A stretch of DNA of 55,942 nucleotides from a virus (lineage: Duplodnaviria; Caudoviricetes), in IMG/VR virus record IMGVR_UViG_3300042893_000841, positions 1-55,942 of that record; one strand, written 5' to 3'. The notes beneath the pieces are model-generated. The model had not been told where the DNA came from. It ran no database searches and worked only from the letters and a program-made list of their open reading frames with translations. This document shows positions 1 through 11,824 of the stretch, piece by piece (position 1 is the first letter of the stretch; each line of letters begins with the position of its first letter). The position numbers and the translations under genes were made by a program.

Positions 1-2
1 CA

Positions 3-1511
3 TATTATAAAGGAAGTCAGGGGGCATCACCATCAATTGGGGTTGCACCAGACCCAAGTGCGGGACAGACAGTTTACGATGAATCACCATTAGTACAATC
101 ACTAACGTCAACTTTAACTTGTGACGGCATGGTTTCACTACAATGTTATCAAGGTACTGGAACAGGAATAACCGTTAATCAAAATTGTGATGTTCCTTCA
201 GACCGGGTTAAACAAGGGTGTTATTGTTTGTTAAATAAAAAATACTTATTGGAGTATGGTGATGATGTTAAATTATTTTTAGAGTGGAAAACAAGATTTA
301 CAATGACATTTGCGGCTTGTAGGGGAGTATTCTCACAAACATTCCAAAACAATTGGATTAATGGGGTTTTATATATGTTTACCTTTAATAAGAGTACAAC
401 ATATAAGTTAAATCAACCTGATGAACCAATATATAATTATTGTAAAGATACGGTAATATTTAATAAATTTAATAATGGATTTTACTATAGAAGTTCTCCT
501 TGGGATGGAACTGATTTTATTGGAGTTAATTCACCACCACCAAGCCCATTTATACCAGTAGAACTTATAACTGAATACCCAGGATTAGGGTATAATAACC
601 AAAGAATCCAGTTCCCAACCACTGTTATGGATTTAGGGCCTAGAGATAGTTTTATTAGTGAAATATGTAATGATGGAAACTTTAATGGATATATTGCCGA
701 CCAAATTAGATCAACATCATATAAAGATAATTCAGACATAATACAAATGGGATTCATATCTAGATTATTAAATCAAAGTGTGATAGACCAAATGTTTCCG
801 GTAGGAAATCCTAATGGTGGAAGTAGTGAAGGTAAAGGAATTATACAATTCTTTAATAGTACTAGAGATGGTGAAAGAATTGATGGTGATATCGCACAAG
901 CGTTATCGATTAATTCTGAGTGGAGAGTTACACCTTATTTGAATGAAAATTATAGAGATTTTGATTTATTCATTGGTGATGATGGGGTTGGAGCTAAACC
1001 AAGACCTGTATTTGGAGTTTTCTTTTCTTCTAGCACTGAAGAATACCAATATAGAAGGAGATTAAGTCCGGGTATTGAAACTTACGCTAGTTCTTGTGGT
1101 AATTTAACATCTTATTATGGTTATCCTAACGACCAAGTTGTCCCACATTATAAATGGAAAATTGCGGGAGCATCAAATAACATTTTTGGTACTGAAAATA
1201 ATAACTGGGTTACAACATCTAATCAGAATGTTTCCGGTTTAGGGTTCTATAGTCAAGAATATCAAAACTTAGATTTTAATAATCCTTTAGAATATTACCA
1301 AGCAGGTACAAATCACGGATTTATAACTAGGTTTAATATTAATGGCAATCCTGTACCATATATTGCAAACCCAAACCCAACAATAACACACGGGACACCA
1401 AATGGAAATCCAATAATAGTCGGAGCACCATTCTTCTTTTACTTTGGGTTAAATAACGGAAACACCGCAATTGATAAATTCATAAAACTTTATGTTGAAA
1501 CTGCAGAATAA
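3..1511 (+). CDS. Virion structural protein (tail/baseplate region), 5'-truncated by window edge
   Basis: Frame is open from position 3 (YYKGSQGASP...) through the listed ATG at 129; Cys/Asn/Gly-rich; stop overlaps the next start (TAATG). Confidence 0.6.
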   Translation, partial: YYKGSQGASPSIGVAPDPSAGQTVYDESPLVQSLTSTLTCDGMVSLQCYQGTGTGITVNQNCDVPSDRVKQGCYCLLNKKYLLEYGDDVKLFLEWKTRFTMTFAACRGVFSQTFQNNWINGVLYMFTFNKSTTYKLNQPDEPIYNYCKDTVIFNKFNNGFYYRSSPWDGTDFIGVNSPPPSPFIPVELITEYPGLGYNNQRIQFPTTVMDLGPRDSFISEICNDGNFNGYIADQIRSTSYKDNSDIIQMGFISRLLNQSVIDQMFPVGNPNGGSSEGKGIIQFFNSTRDGERIDGDIAQALSINSEWRVTPYLNENYRDFDLFIGDDGVGAKPRPVFGVFFSSSTEEYQYRRRLSPGIETYASSCGNLTSYYGYPNDQVVPHYKWKIAGASNNIFGTENNNWVTTSNQNVSGLGFYSQEYQNLDFNNPLEYYQAGTNHGFITRFNINGNPVPYIANPNPTITHGTPNGNPIIVGAPFFFYFGLNNGNTAIDKFIKLYVETAE

Positions 1512-3268
1512 TGGGAATAGATAGTCCAACAACAATAGTTTTAGGGAGTTTACGAAATAAAACCGCAACTGATACTGATGGTTCTGAAAAAATAGTTTTA
1601 GAAGGAACCAATAAAGAAATTGTGGAATATGAAAGAACTATTGATGTAAATGCGTTACAAGTTTTTGATGATGAAAGACAAGAATCGGAAATATATAGAC
1701 CAACATCAAAATACGATGTTATTTTTAAAAACGCATATTCTGGTATCACAACATACCCACCATATAGGGATTATTTATATTACGTAAATATTGAAGAAAG
1801 TGCCGGACAAGTATTATGTGGTACCCCATTTAATATTGTTCCTTGGTTTGGATACCCCCAATACTCTGAGTTTGATTTTGAAAGAACGGACAACTCAAAA
1901 GTTGGATACACTTCAGGATTAAATAATCATCAAGATTTTTTAAATATTAGTGCAACAACATATAATTGGACACATTATTTAAGTTACCCATTTGATAATG
2001 ACTATAACCAACAGTTATTTGCAAATGACCCAACCAGTTTAACAACTTGGAATTGGGTTGCGTCAGATGGTATACCCTTTGTTATTATTTCTAACTCTGA
2101 TAATATCATTAGATTTAAATGTCCTATGTCACACGGGTTAATTACCGGTGAGTACGTACAGTTGTCTTTTGATTATAACGGAACCACAGTTTTTACCGTA
2201 GATTCTTTGGGTGATGGTGGATCTGGTAGTGAGTTTGTAATGTTTAATTTATTCAATATTGGTTATTTAGGAACAACATTTGATGTTGGAGTAACAGGAA
2301 CCTTTAAAAGAGTTTTAGACCCAATTAACTCCGGAGAAACAACATCAAAGTATTATGTTAGAGTTAATAAAATTTTAACAAATTCAGAAGATGCAATTTT
2401 AGTTAAAGCGGCTTTTGAACAAAACATTTTTAACGGTAAAAGTAAACTTGAAAAAGTTTTATCCGGTTTTACACCAACCTTAACGGTATTAACCCCACCT
2501 ACATTACCAAGAACCTCAATTTTAGAAGGAAGTCAAAGTTATACATTATCTTTTAATAGAGATATTGATGTATCATTGTTAATTGATAATCAAAAACGAC
2601 CAATAACGGAACTATTCTTTACTACTATTTGGAAAGGTTATTATGGATGGACAGATAGATTAAAAAAAGGACATTACTTTAATGTGTATCTTGATAGTTC
2701 TATTCCAAACCAATGGTGGGATTTAACAAACCCATTGTCTGACTCAACTATAGTAAATATTCCATACACCTCAAACTTAGGGTTTGGACCATTTTATTAT
2801 AATCAAGATTTATTTTCTGGGGATACTATAGATGGTGACTATTGTGAGTGGAATGACTATGAGCAACTTGAAAGAGTAATATCAAGACAAATTAATAAAT
2901 TCACATTTAATCAAAGTTGGTTTACTCAATTAGATTCTTCACCAAACACAAATAAATTTGGTTATTACTATTATCCACATAACCCAATAAAACTTAAAGT
3001 CTATTCTGATTATGTGGAAGAAGGGGACGCTCTTACGGTAGAGGGAATACCAAATTATGCGTTCTACTCAAATATGTCAAATAGTTTTAGATGGAGAGAT
3101 ATATATCCATATGGGTTTGTTGACAATTTAGGGAACGGAGTAGATTACCCGTTTTCAAACGGAAGACATTATCCGTTTAAAAATACAATATTCAGAATTT
3201 TTTCTGAAGGATCAGGAATTGCTGATATAACACAAATTGCAGAACCTACGATAGATGAGTGTGAGTAA
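1511..3268 (+). CDS. Putative virion structural protein (585 aa)
   Basis: Long ORF, translationally coupled within the structural operon; beta-rich aromatic composition. Confidence 0.55.
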   Translation: MGIDSPTTIVLGSLRNKTATDTDGSEKIVLEGTNKEIVEYERTIDVNALQVFDDERQESEIYRPTSKYDVIFKNAYSGITTYPPYRDYLYYVNIEESAGQVLCGTPFNIVPWFGYPQYSEFDFERTDNSKVGYTSGLNNHQDFLNISATTYNWTHYLSYPFDNDYNQQLFANDPTSLTTWNWVASDGIPFVIISNSDNIIRFKCPMSHGLITGEYVQLSFDYNGTTVFTVDSLGDGGSGSEFVMFNLFNIGYLGTTFDVGVTGTFKRVLDPINSGETTSKYYVRVNKILTNSEDAILVKAAFEQNIFNGKSKLEKVLSGFTPTLTVLTPPTLPRTSILEGSQSYTLSFNRDIDVSLLIDNQKRPITELFFTTIWKGYYGWTDRLKKGHYFNVYLDSSIPNQWWDLTNPLSDSTIVNIPYTSNLGFGPFYYNQDLFSGDTIDGDYCEWNDYEQLERVISRQINKFTFNQSWFTQLDSSPNTNKFGYYYYPHNPIKLKVYSDYVEEGDALTVEGIPNYAFYSNMSNSFRWRDIYPYGFVDNLGNGVDYPFSNGRHYPFKNTIFRIFSEGSGIADITQIAEPTIDECE

Positions 3269-4070
3269 ATATAAATTATTGGTTCCAACAACGGATAAAC
3301 AAATAAATATTCCTATTGAAATAAAATGGGATTTTACTGAGCGCGACCAGGCAATTGACGTATATCAAGAACAAATTGTTGGGGATTTAATAGGAGAACC
3401 AACAGATTTTGAATTATCAAGATTTTCACATCAGTCTTATTTACCACTAAATGGTGGAACAAATTTACAAACAAGTGTTAATTATGAATTTAACTTTTTT
3501 GATAGTGGTCAAACAATAAATAACCCAGCGGCTTGGATAAATAGTTATCGATACGAAGGATTTTCTGCGTCGGATATATATTATTACATAAAACCTTTTA
3601 CAAAATCATTCTTTAAGTTGGATTTTTATGATACAAGAATCGACGCATCACAAACAAATTATTTTACAATAATATTACCAGTACAACAAGGTGATTTTGA
3701 AACTGTCACAATATCCCAATCTTTATCTAACATAAAAATTCGTAAACCAAAATTCAAATTAGATTTTGTTGGTGATAAAGAAGGGTTTTTTATTTATTGG
3801 TTAAGGAACAGAGGTTATATTGATATGGACGAATTCTATATGTCAGCTAAATTTTTTGATGCAAGAACTGGTGTGTATGTTAAAATGATGAATAGACCAC
3901 AAGGATCGTTATCAGGAAACTATTATACATTTAATGGGGAAGATTTTTTCTATTACAAAGTTAAATTAGATTATAATACAAAAACATATCAAGTATTTTC
4001 AACTGTAACAGGAAACCAGGTTGGGACCGACATAAACCCAATTTTATGGTATGAATACCTTAACCCTTAA
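3255..4070 (+). CDS. Putative virion structural protein (271 aa)
   Basis: Overlaps upstream gene; operon context. Confidence 0.5.
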   Translation: MSVSKYKLLVPTTDKQINIPIEIKWDFTERDQAIDVYQEQIVGDLIGEPTDFELSRFSHQSYLPLNGGTNLQTSVNYEFNFFDSGQTINNPAAWINSYRYEGFSASDIYYYIKPFTKSFFKLDFYDTRIDASQTNYFTIILPVQQGDFETVTISQSLSNIKIRKPKFKLDFVGDKEGFFIYWLRNRGYIDMDEFYMSAKFFDARTGVYVKMMNRPQGSLSGNYYTFNGEDFFYYKVKLDYNTKTYQVFSTVTGNQVGTDINPILWYEYLNP

Positions 4071-4072
4071 TT

Positions 4073-5245
4073 ATGGAAGAACAAAAATATTATTTTAAAA
4101 TATCTCCGGAAAACATTGAGGCGGATCTTATTATTGTTGATTATACTGCAAGTACCGAAACCAATTATGAAATAGATCCTTGTTGTCCAATAACTGCAAT
4201 AACAACAAATGTTATTACTGGTAGTACTGGGGTTTATACCGGAATGACTTATATTTTGTCAGGAGGAACAAATGGCGAATCTTTATTAACGTGTTTAACA
4301 ATACCATTACTATTTACTGAAACCGCAATTGACTTTGGGTACTATACTCCATTTGATGGGGCGGCAATACAAAAGGATACTATAACTAACTTTTTGTATT
4401 CAGCAACAACCGCCAACCCTTATGATGTATTATTTTTTAACACATCAGATGAAGGGTTAAAGAAATTTTTATCACTATGTACTTTTGTTTTAGATTGGGG
4501 GGACGGTTCACCACTTTTTACATTAACAAATACCACACCTGTTTTACATACTTACCCTGCGGCAACAACACAATATGAAATTATATTAACTTGTTATTCA
4601 CCATGGGGAATATCCACAGTTACAAAACCTGTTAATATACCGTATACTGACGTTATAATACCTAACTCAGGGGGTACCGCATATTTTACTGCCTTTGGTT
4701 GTAATTGGACAGGAACACCAGTTAGTTACGATTATATATTTACTGGGGACTCAAACACATCAATTGATGATTATGATAGTAGTACATTTACTACAGTACC
4801 TTTTTTAATTACAGGGTATACACAAAGTACTTTGAGTGATTTATCACAATACGGACCAAAATACAATTTATTTGGAGGTAAATATAAATTAAATATTCCA
4901 GTAACAGGGACCTCCGCGAGTTACGGAATTGTATATGGACCAGACCCAACCAATACCTATACCGCATATACCGTAAATGATATTTTATATTGGGATATTA
5001 ACGACGGGACTACAATTTATTTTATTTCTTCTTATGGTATAGATAAGGATGAGTATGTTTTGTCAGCATTAACAAAAAATGAAGCATTATTAAATGTAAT
5101 TGATGAACCACAAATACAATCTGAATTATTTATTGAAAGGGGTAAAATTTCTGGGTTAGAGGCGTTACAAAGGTTGGGGGAGGTTGATAATTTAGGTGAT
5201 ATAACAAAATATGGTTATGGATACTTTAATGTCAAAAAATACTGA
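4073..5245 (+). CDS. Putative structural protein with PKD/Ig-like domain
   Basis: DWGDGS...HTY motif typical of PKD domains; Thr-rich. Confidence 0.55.
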   Translation: MEEQKYYFKISPENIEADLIIVDYTASTETNYEIDPCCPITAITTNVITGSTGVYTGMTYILSGGTNGESLLTCLTIPLLFTETAIDFGYYTPFDGAAIQKDTITNFLYSATTANPYDVLFFNTSDEGLKKFLSLCTFVLDWGDGSPLFTLTNTTPVLHTYPAATTQYEIILTCYSPWGISTVTKPVNIPYTDVIIPNSGGTAYFTAFGCNWTGTPVSYDYIFTGDSNTSIDDYDSSTFTTVPFLITGYTQSTLSDLSQYGPKYNLFGGKYKLNIPVTGTSASYGIVYGPDPTNTYTAYTVNDILYWDINDGTTIYFISSYGIDKDEYVLSALTKNEALLNVIDEPQIQSELFIERGKISGLEALQRLGEVDNLGDITKYGYGYFNVKKY

Positions 5246-5289
5246 TTAAAGTATTTATAAAAAGATAAACAAATTTATAACTAAAAAAC

Positions 5290-6198
5290 GTGGCTACAGG
5301 AAATTATGGAACAATAAGACCATCAGATGTAAGTCCTGACGATGTTGAGATAATATTGAATTATACACCGTCTAGAGATAACACTGATAATTTTTTACTA
5401 ACAAAGTTAGACGCTAAAACTATATTGAAGCCGTATTTTCATAATGCAGATACTGGTGGAAACGCAAATGTTGAATTACTTGGTGGTTTATATAATTTAA
5501 AATTACCAGCAGACCAATTTAATAAACTTGGTATTTATACATTATACATAAGACCGGCAGAAATAAGAACTACAATCACTGATTGTGGTGTTTTATCGGC
5601 ATTACCAAATGTTAAAGGAATTGTTATTGATATTAATAATGTTCCGGTTGATTACAGAAATAAATTTATTAATCAAGGATTAATAGGTTTCAGAGTTGAA
5701 TATTTAAATGCGAATGGAACTAAAATACCTAATTTCTTTAGGATTATTACCTCATCATTTTATTGTGAACCTGTTTATCAAAACTTAACAAATACTTCAC
5801 AAAAATCTATTAGATATAGATATGTTGAGAGTAGTACTAATTTATTATTTTGTACTTTATCACCATCAGCATCGCCAACTAACAAACCAAGTGCAACACC
5901 GTACATTGGACAACCAAACCAAAATATAATAATAAGTAATACCTTCTTTAACCCAATCACTACTGAGATAGAGATTGTTGACCAAGACATCTCAACACTT
6001 GCAATTGCTCTTTATGGTAATCAAACTAAATCAATTGATGATGGTATTTACACAATTTACGACAATCAAAATAACATTTATAAACAATACAATCTATACG
6101 AAATTAAGGACCAGTTTAATGAATTATTATATGAGGTTAGACAGGATAGAGGAACTAATATAGATTTTAGTAAAAGTTTTAATAACATAACAGGATAA
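5290..6198 (+). CDS. Putative baseplate/tail structural protein (GTG start)
   Basis: Follows a TATTTAT motif; coupled to the 999-aa baseplate-like gene. Confidence 0.5.
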   Translation: MATGNYGTIRPSDVSPDDVEIILNYTPSRDNTDNFLLTKLDAKTILKPYFHNADTGGNANVELLGGLYNLKLPADQFNKLGIYTLYIRPAEIRTTITDCGVLSALPNVKGIVIDINNVPVDYRNKFINQGLIGFRVEYLNANGTKIPNFFRIITSSFYCEPVYQNLTNTSQKSIRYRYVESSTNLLFCTLSPSASPTNKPSATPYIGQPNQNIIISNTFFNPITTEIEIVDQDISTLAIALYGNQTKSIDDGIYTIYDNQNNIYKQYNLYEIKDQFNELLYEVRQDRGTNIDFSKSFNNITG

Positions 6199-9197
6199 TG
6201 GCAATTAATAAATTTACTTGTCCACCACAGGCCTCAGGCCAAGGATCGTTCTCAGACAACTTAGTTGGATTCCAATTAATTGATGGGGGAGGATTTACGC
6301 AAGGAAATTTTGAATTTACTACTGGTATTTCGGAAAAACAAGATAGAAATTTTGAGATAGGTGTCTTTTCTGACCCTATGAGTTTAACAAGTATGAATAT
6401 TGAGGATGTTGAACAATCAAAAATGTTAATTGCGAATAATTTCCAAGTTTATCCAAATTATGATTTAACCCAAATAACAAATTTTACATTATATGGTTCG
6501 TTAGTACTTAGAGTTTCTTCGTCTATTAGAAAGATTATTAATTTTTTTCCTGCTGGGTTAGAAGTTCTAAATTATAGACCTGATTATACAACTGGATATA
6601 CTGCAGTTAATATTGTTTATGACAGTGTAGAAAATGAAACTTATTTTGATTTAGATATATCCGCAATAAGAAACCCGTTTGGTATTGATTATACAACAAA
6701 TGCGGACAAAAACATTCTTTCATCTGAAATATCAATATCCCAGTTAAGAAATTTAAAACAAAATTTTAACAAATATGGTTTATTTGTGAATGGTGGGGTC
6801 TATTCAATAAATGAGATAGTTCCCACAACCGAAAACGATCAGTATCTAAGAATTTATGTTATTGGAGAACCATTCCCAAATAAATACCAAACTGAAGAAG
6901 ATATAATAATAAGACCTACCGATTTTTATGTTAATAAAGTATTTAATGAAGATTTAGATGCGGTTGAAAACTTCTTACTTAATAGACAGAATTACCCATT
7001 ATATACCGCATACTTTCAAGTACCGGTTGAAAATGAAGATGGGACATATACGTTTAGTTACCAAACATTAAGATTTCCTACCGATGGAAAATGGAATTTG
7101 GACCTTAGAACCAAATCTTTTGAGAATTACTTATCGGAATTAAATAAATTTGCAACAAATTTTGATTCATATAAAACAAATTTAATCTCTAGATTTTTAA
7201 CTACCGCATCCCTAAAAGAATTTGACACAACAGATAAAAAACTTGAAAAAGTTTTACAATTATATGGTAGAAGTTTTGACGAAACTAAAAAATTTATAGA
7301 CGCTCTTGCAAATATGAATTCAGTTAGGTATAATGTTAAAAATGACATACCATCACAATTACTTAGAAATTTAGCACAAACTTTAGGATGGAAAATAAAT
7401 ATGTCCCCTATTAGTGAAACTGAATTATTAGATTCCGTATTTAAGGGGGCTGAAAGTAATTTTAGTGGAGTCCCTATTGGACAAACTCCGGAAGAATTAA
7501 ATTACCAATATTTTAGAAATCTTTTATTAAATTCTGCCTTCTTATTCAAATCAAAAGGAACTAGAAAATCTATTGAAATACTAATGAGATTGATAGGAGC
7601 TCCGGAATTTTTAGTTGAGTTTAATGAACATATATATGTTGCCGACCAAAGGATTAATATTAATGACTTTGAAACAAAATACCTTTCAATATCTGGAGGA
7701 ACCTACGTTCAACAAATACCGGTATTAGATTACACCGATGTGTATTCTATTATGGGAGTACAATATACTGGAGTTACATTATCAAGTATAACTAGGGATG
7801 TTAGTGTTACTCTTTCTGATTACCCCATAGACCAATTTGGTTGCCCCAGCATGCCAGTTGAAAGTGACACATATTACTTCCAAATCGGAGGAGGGTGGTT
7901 TGAATCAACACCACAACATAGAATGCCGGAAAAGATAGATTTGACAACAAGTGTGTTTACCGGAACAAATCCTTCATATCAAACAAAATTATTACCATTT
8001 AATTATGGTGAAGAATATCTACAAAGATACAGACAATTCCCCTATATGGATATGGGATTCAGATTGAGAAAAATTGTGGATAATAAAAAAAGTTGGACAG
8101 ACCACGAAAGTATTTTAAGAAAAAGTTCTGATGGTAATTTTAATGCGTATTATCCAGTTTCGGAAGACTGTTTAGTTCTTAATGTTAAGAATGTTGATAT
8201 CATGTTAAATCCAAGTTTAGGGTTGGTCTATGATGTATGGTCTATGTCTAGATTATATAATTACCCAATACCTAATCAAGGATTAAATTATGTTGAACCA
8301 ACATATTGTAACCCAAACCCAAACACACCATACCCTAAAAGGGGTGGTATTGATTGGACTGAAATTATACCTAAACCAAAAGAAAAAACATTCTTTGAAT
8401 TTGCCCAAACTTTTTGGCATAATACAATTAATGTTAGAAATAGACAATTCATAACTGACGGTAAAACCGGTGGTTATCCTACATTACAATCAATCTATTG
8501 GAAATATTTGGAATCAAAACAAACTGTTAACATCCCAAATGATAATTTCACATATCAAACAATGATTGATTATGTGAATGGTCTTGGAGATTATTGGATT
8601 AGATTGGTAGAACAAATGGTTCCAGCAACAACAATATGGAATACCGGAGTTAGATTTGAGAATTCAATTTTCCATAGACAAAAGTTTGTTTGGAGAAGAC
8701 AATACGGATGTCAAATTGTTCCAATACCTTGTAAACCTTGTCTTTTAACTTCACAATTATTTGCTTTTGATTGTCCCACCCAGTTTATTGAATGTGGGTT
8801 ATATCCTTGGACAAATAATCCAAATATTGTTTCTTTTGGTACTATATTGGCAGAAACTTTAAATAATTATTTATTGGCGAATGGTTTAACTTTAAGTGAT
8901 TGTTTATTAAATACAATTGTTGTTCATTGGTATGTTGATTTAAGATTAAACGGAGTTCCATTAACTATAGACCTATTTACAACAACAAGTGGGTATTCTG
9001 TAATACCAACAAATTCTGAATGGGTGAGCGGATTAACCCAATCTTTAAATAATTTACAAAATGACGGACTAACTTATTCTATTGATGAGGAAAATAATTC
9101 CGTAACTGTTTTTAACATAAATTGTACACCACTTAGCCTTGACGATACGTTTGAGATTAATGTTGGTTTGGACTTTAATATACTGTGTAATCAATAA
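6198..9197 (+). CDS. Baseplate wedge / tail-formation (P2 gpI-like domain) protein
   Basis: LLRNLAQTLGW and LFKSKGTRKSIEILMRLIG resemble the gpI/baseplate wedge signature (L..LA..lG...KGT..si..l). Confidence 0.6.
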   Translation: MAINKFTCPPQASGQGSFSDNLVGFQLIDGGGFTQGNFEFTTGISEKQDRNFEIGVFSDPMSLTSMNIEDVEQSKMLIANNFQVYPNYDLTQITNFTLYGSLVLRVSSSIRKIINFFPAGLEVLNYRPDYTTGYTAVNIVYDSVENETYFDLDISAIRNPFGIDYTTNADKNILSSEISISQLRNLKQNFNKYGLFVNGGVYSINEIVPTTENDQYLRIYVIGEPFPNKYQTEEDIIIRPTDFYVNKVFNEDLDAVENFLLNRQNYPLYTAYFQVPVENEDGTYTFSYQTLRFPTDGKWNLDLRTKSFENYLSELNKFATNFDSYKTNLISRFLTTASLKEFDTTDKKLEKVLQLYGRSFDETKKFIDALANMNSVRYNVKNDIPSQLLRNLAQTLGWKINMSPISETELLDSVFKGAESNFSGVPIGQTPEELNYQYFRNLLLNSAFLFKSKGTRKSIEILMRLIGAPEFLVEFNEHIYVADQRININDFETKYLSISGGTYVQQIPVLDYTDVYSIMGVQYTGVTLSSITRDVSVTLSDYPIDQFGCPSMPVESDTYYFQIGGGWFESTPQHRMPEKIDLTTSVFTGTNPSYQTKLLPFNYGEEYLQRYRQFPYMDMGFRLRKIVDNKKSWTDHESILRKSSDGNFNAYYPVSEDCLVLNVKNVDIMLNPSLGLVYDVWSMSRLYNYPIPNQGLNYVEPTYCNPNPNTPYPKRGGIDWTEIIPKPKEKTFFEFAQTFWHNTINVRNRQFITDGKTGGYPTLQSIYWKYLESKQTVNIPNDNFTYQTMIDYVNGLGDYWIRLVEQMVPATTIWNTGVRFENSIFHRQKFVWRRQYGCQIVPIPCKPCLLTSQLFAFDCPTQFIECGLYPWTNNPNIVSFGTILAETLNNYLLANGLTLSDCLLNTIVVHWYVDLRLNGVPLTIDLFTTTSGYSVIPTNSEWVSGLTQSLNNLQNDGLTYSIDEENNSVTVFNINCTPLSLDDTFEINVGLDFNILCNQ

Positions 9198-11506
9198 TGA
9201 GTTATATTAATTTTATATCGTTTACTGTTACTGGAGATTGTGGTAATCTGAGTGTTGGTGAAATGTCTTTCACTATAACCGGAGACTCACCTACTTGGAT
9301 TGTAACCGAAGGACCACCATATACTGGTTTATTACCTTTGTCTGGTTTAACACCTGGAGATGAAACCTATTATGTTGGTGGATTAAGTGCCGGAACATAC
9401 TCAGTTATCGTACAAGACACCGCACCAACCGGCCCAACACCACCATTTAGTGTAACAACAACATTTAATATTTCTTCAGGTACTACCGTTTATTTGGATG
9501 CGGAAGGAACTACTTGTGGTTTAAATAATGGTTCATTAACTGGTTATACCGGAAATTTTTATGGTAATTCATCATTTTATTTATATACACTTTTAGGTGA
9601 TTATGTAACAAGCGCTCAAACACCTTATAATATTGGATATGTTATTTTTCCTAATTTATCTGCCGACACTTATTATGTTATTGGTGATGATGGTGGTGGT
9701 TGTACTGGGAGAAGTGAATCGGTAATAATTAATGTAAGTAGTTCTTTTGATTATGGTTATTATGCCGTGGACGATGCGAGTTGTATAAACAACCAAGGTA
9801 GTGGTAAAATATACTTAACAGGACTTACAACACCAACAAGTGCCTACACAATTAATTGGATATCAAATGTTAATGGTCAAACAGGAACAACCGTAACCGG
9901 ATTAACACAAGGGTTATATACGGTCGAAGTTACCGACACAATCGGATGTATAGTTCAAAAAAACATTCAAATAGTTAATGTACCTAAAATAGGTATAGGA
10001 GCAACATATATTACATCACCAGGATGTTTCCAAAATAACGGAGAAGTAACGGTTGTTGTTACTGGAGGAACCGCACCATTCTACTACTACGCCTCAAATG
10101 GGGATGACTTTATTGGTTTTGGTACATCACATACATTTACAGGATTAACCAATGGGATATTAACAATAACGGTAACTGACGCTGGTCTATGTAATGACAC
10201 AATACAAGTTAATCTTGTTACACCAAATTCTTTTGGTGTTGTAAATGTCGTTACAACAAATTCAAATTGTAATTCAAATAACGGATCGATATATATAACA
10301 ATTAATAATGGAGTTGGGACTGGTAACTACAATTATACTATTTCTGGGTCTAACGGAACAAATCAAGTAAATGTTGCCGGAGGACTATCACAAACATTTC
10401 AAGTAGGTACTGGGGACTATGTGATTTTAATTGATAATGGGGCGGATTGCCAATATACTGGAACAACAAGTGTTTATAATGTTGATAAATACACAATAAC
10501 GGGTTTAACTCTTAATACGTCTTGTGGTTTAAATAATGGAACCATAAAAACATCGGTATCAACGGGGGCAGTTTATCCTTTGTCATATCAGTTAGTGGGT
10601 CCAATAGGTAATTCAATAACCACAACACAATTAAATGGTAATTTTAGTGGATTACAAGCGGGTACTTATAATTTAACTGTTACAGACGCAACTGGATGTC
10701 AACAAACAATACCAATATACATTGCACCATCAAGCCCTATGTATTTTGATTTTATGACCTTTAATCCGGTGTTTGGTAACGATGGTCAAATAAATGTTTT
10801 AATAACAAGTGGTACACCACCATTCTCATATACTTGGACTGGTAATGTGGGGGTACAAACAGGGATTGTAATTACAGGATTAACATCGGGAGTGTATAGT
10901 TTAACAATAGTTGATGATAATGGTTGTTCATTTACAAGAATTGTGAAATTAAAAGGTACTGAACTTTTTGGAACATACTCAGTGTTCAATATATGTGAAC
11001 AAAATTTTGAAGATTCTAACATTGTAGGTAAAAGAGGTATTTTACAAATGTTTAATGAAGGGTTTTACGATTTAACTTCCGGAGATACAAATTGTATTGT
11101 TAATTCTGCGGAATTTAACTTACAAGTTATTGTTGGTGGTGATGAATTAATTGAAACAATATATTATTCTACAGGACTTGATGATTACCCAAGTGAAGTT
11201 GTGTGGGCTGATTCATTAATAGAAATGTTACAAACATTTGTTGGTATTGGAGATGTAACAATAGATTATGTTAACAACAAAATAACAATAACTAATGATT
11301 GTGAAGAGATTATTAAAAATTGTAGAACAAAAACTTACAATTTATTAAATGATACTAAAATAACGGTTAATTTAATTATCAATTACGATATATCTTGCGT
11401 GGCGTGTGAACCAACACCAACTCCGGACATTCCAATTAATGCAATTATTACTAATAATAATGAATATATGGAAACTGGTGATGATGAATATTTACAATAT
11501 AATTAA
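9197..11506 (+). CDS. SprB-repeat adhesin-like virion/fibre protein
   Basis: Repeated C..NNG.i....GGTAPF/Y...GL..G.Y.vTVTDa.GC units (SprB repeat); C-terminal PTPTP. Confidence 0.75.
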   Translation: MSYINFISFTVTGDCGNLSVGEMSFTITGDSPTWIVTEGPPYTGLLPLSGLTPGDETYYVGGLSAGTYSVIVQDTAPTGPTPPFSVTTTFNISSGTTVYLDAEGTTCGLNNGSLTGYTGNFYGNSSFYLYTLLGDYVTSAQTPYNIGYVIFPNLSADTYYVIGDDGGGCTGRSESVIINVSSSFDYGYYAVDDASCINNQGSGKIYLTGLTTPTSAYTINWISNVNGQTGTTVTGLTQGLYTVEVTDTIGCIVQKNIQIVNVPKIGIGATYITSPGCFQNNGEVTVVVTGGTAPFYYYASNGDDFIGFGTSHTFTGLTNGILTITVTDAGLCNDTIQVNLVTPNSFGVVNVVTTNSNCNSNNGSIYITINNGVGTGNYNYTISGSNGTNQVNVAGGLSQTFQVGTGDYVILIDNGADCQYTGTTSVYNVDKYTITGLTLNTSCGLNNGTIKTSVSTGAVYPLSYQLVGPIGNSITTTQLNGNFSGLQAGTYNLTVTDATGCQQTIPIYIAPSSPMYFDFMTFNPVFGNDGQINVLITSGTPPFSYTWTGNVGVQTGIVITGLTSGVYSLTIVDDNGCSFTRIVKLKGTELFGTYSVFNICEQNFEDSNIVGKRGILQMFNEGFYDLTSGDTNCIVNSAEFNLQVIVGGDELIETIYYSTGLDDYPSEVVWADSLIEMLQTFVGIGDVTIDYVNNKITITNDCEEIIKNCRTKTYNLLNDTKITVNLIINYDISCVACEPTPTPDIPINAIITNNNEYMETGDDEYLQYN

Positions 11507-11508
11507 AT

Positions 11509-11724
11509 ATGCAACAACTAACTTTAAATAGTATCATAGGGTTAGTACCCCCATTTAGTGGATACGCTTGTGACGTTTACGGGAACCAATGTGAATATAT
11601 TGGAACAATAACCTCAACACCAGTAACTATAACATTACCCCCACCTTTTGACATGGCCCCAACAATAGGGTTTAAATTAATTGATTCTACTGGGTGTGAA
11701 AAATTTGAAATCTTAGATTGTTAG
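11509..11724 (+). CDS. Small Cys-containing protein, paralog of 19381..19602
   Basis: PF..Y.CD.....C.Y...I pattern and C-terminal IDSTGC shared with 19381..19602. Confidence 0.6.
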   Translation: MQQLTLNSIIGLVPPFSGYACDVYGNQCEYIGTITSTPVTITLPPPFDMAPTIGFKLIDSTGCEKFEILDC

Positions 11725-11824
11725 TGGTGTAATTAATAGTTACACAACATACATTAACTTAAAAAGTATTCCAGTTAATCCGGAAATAAATTCACTTTAT
11801 TTATTTTAACAATATATTTTAAAT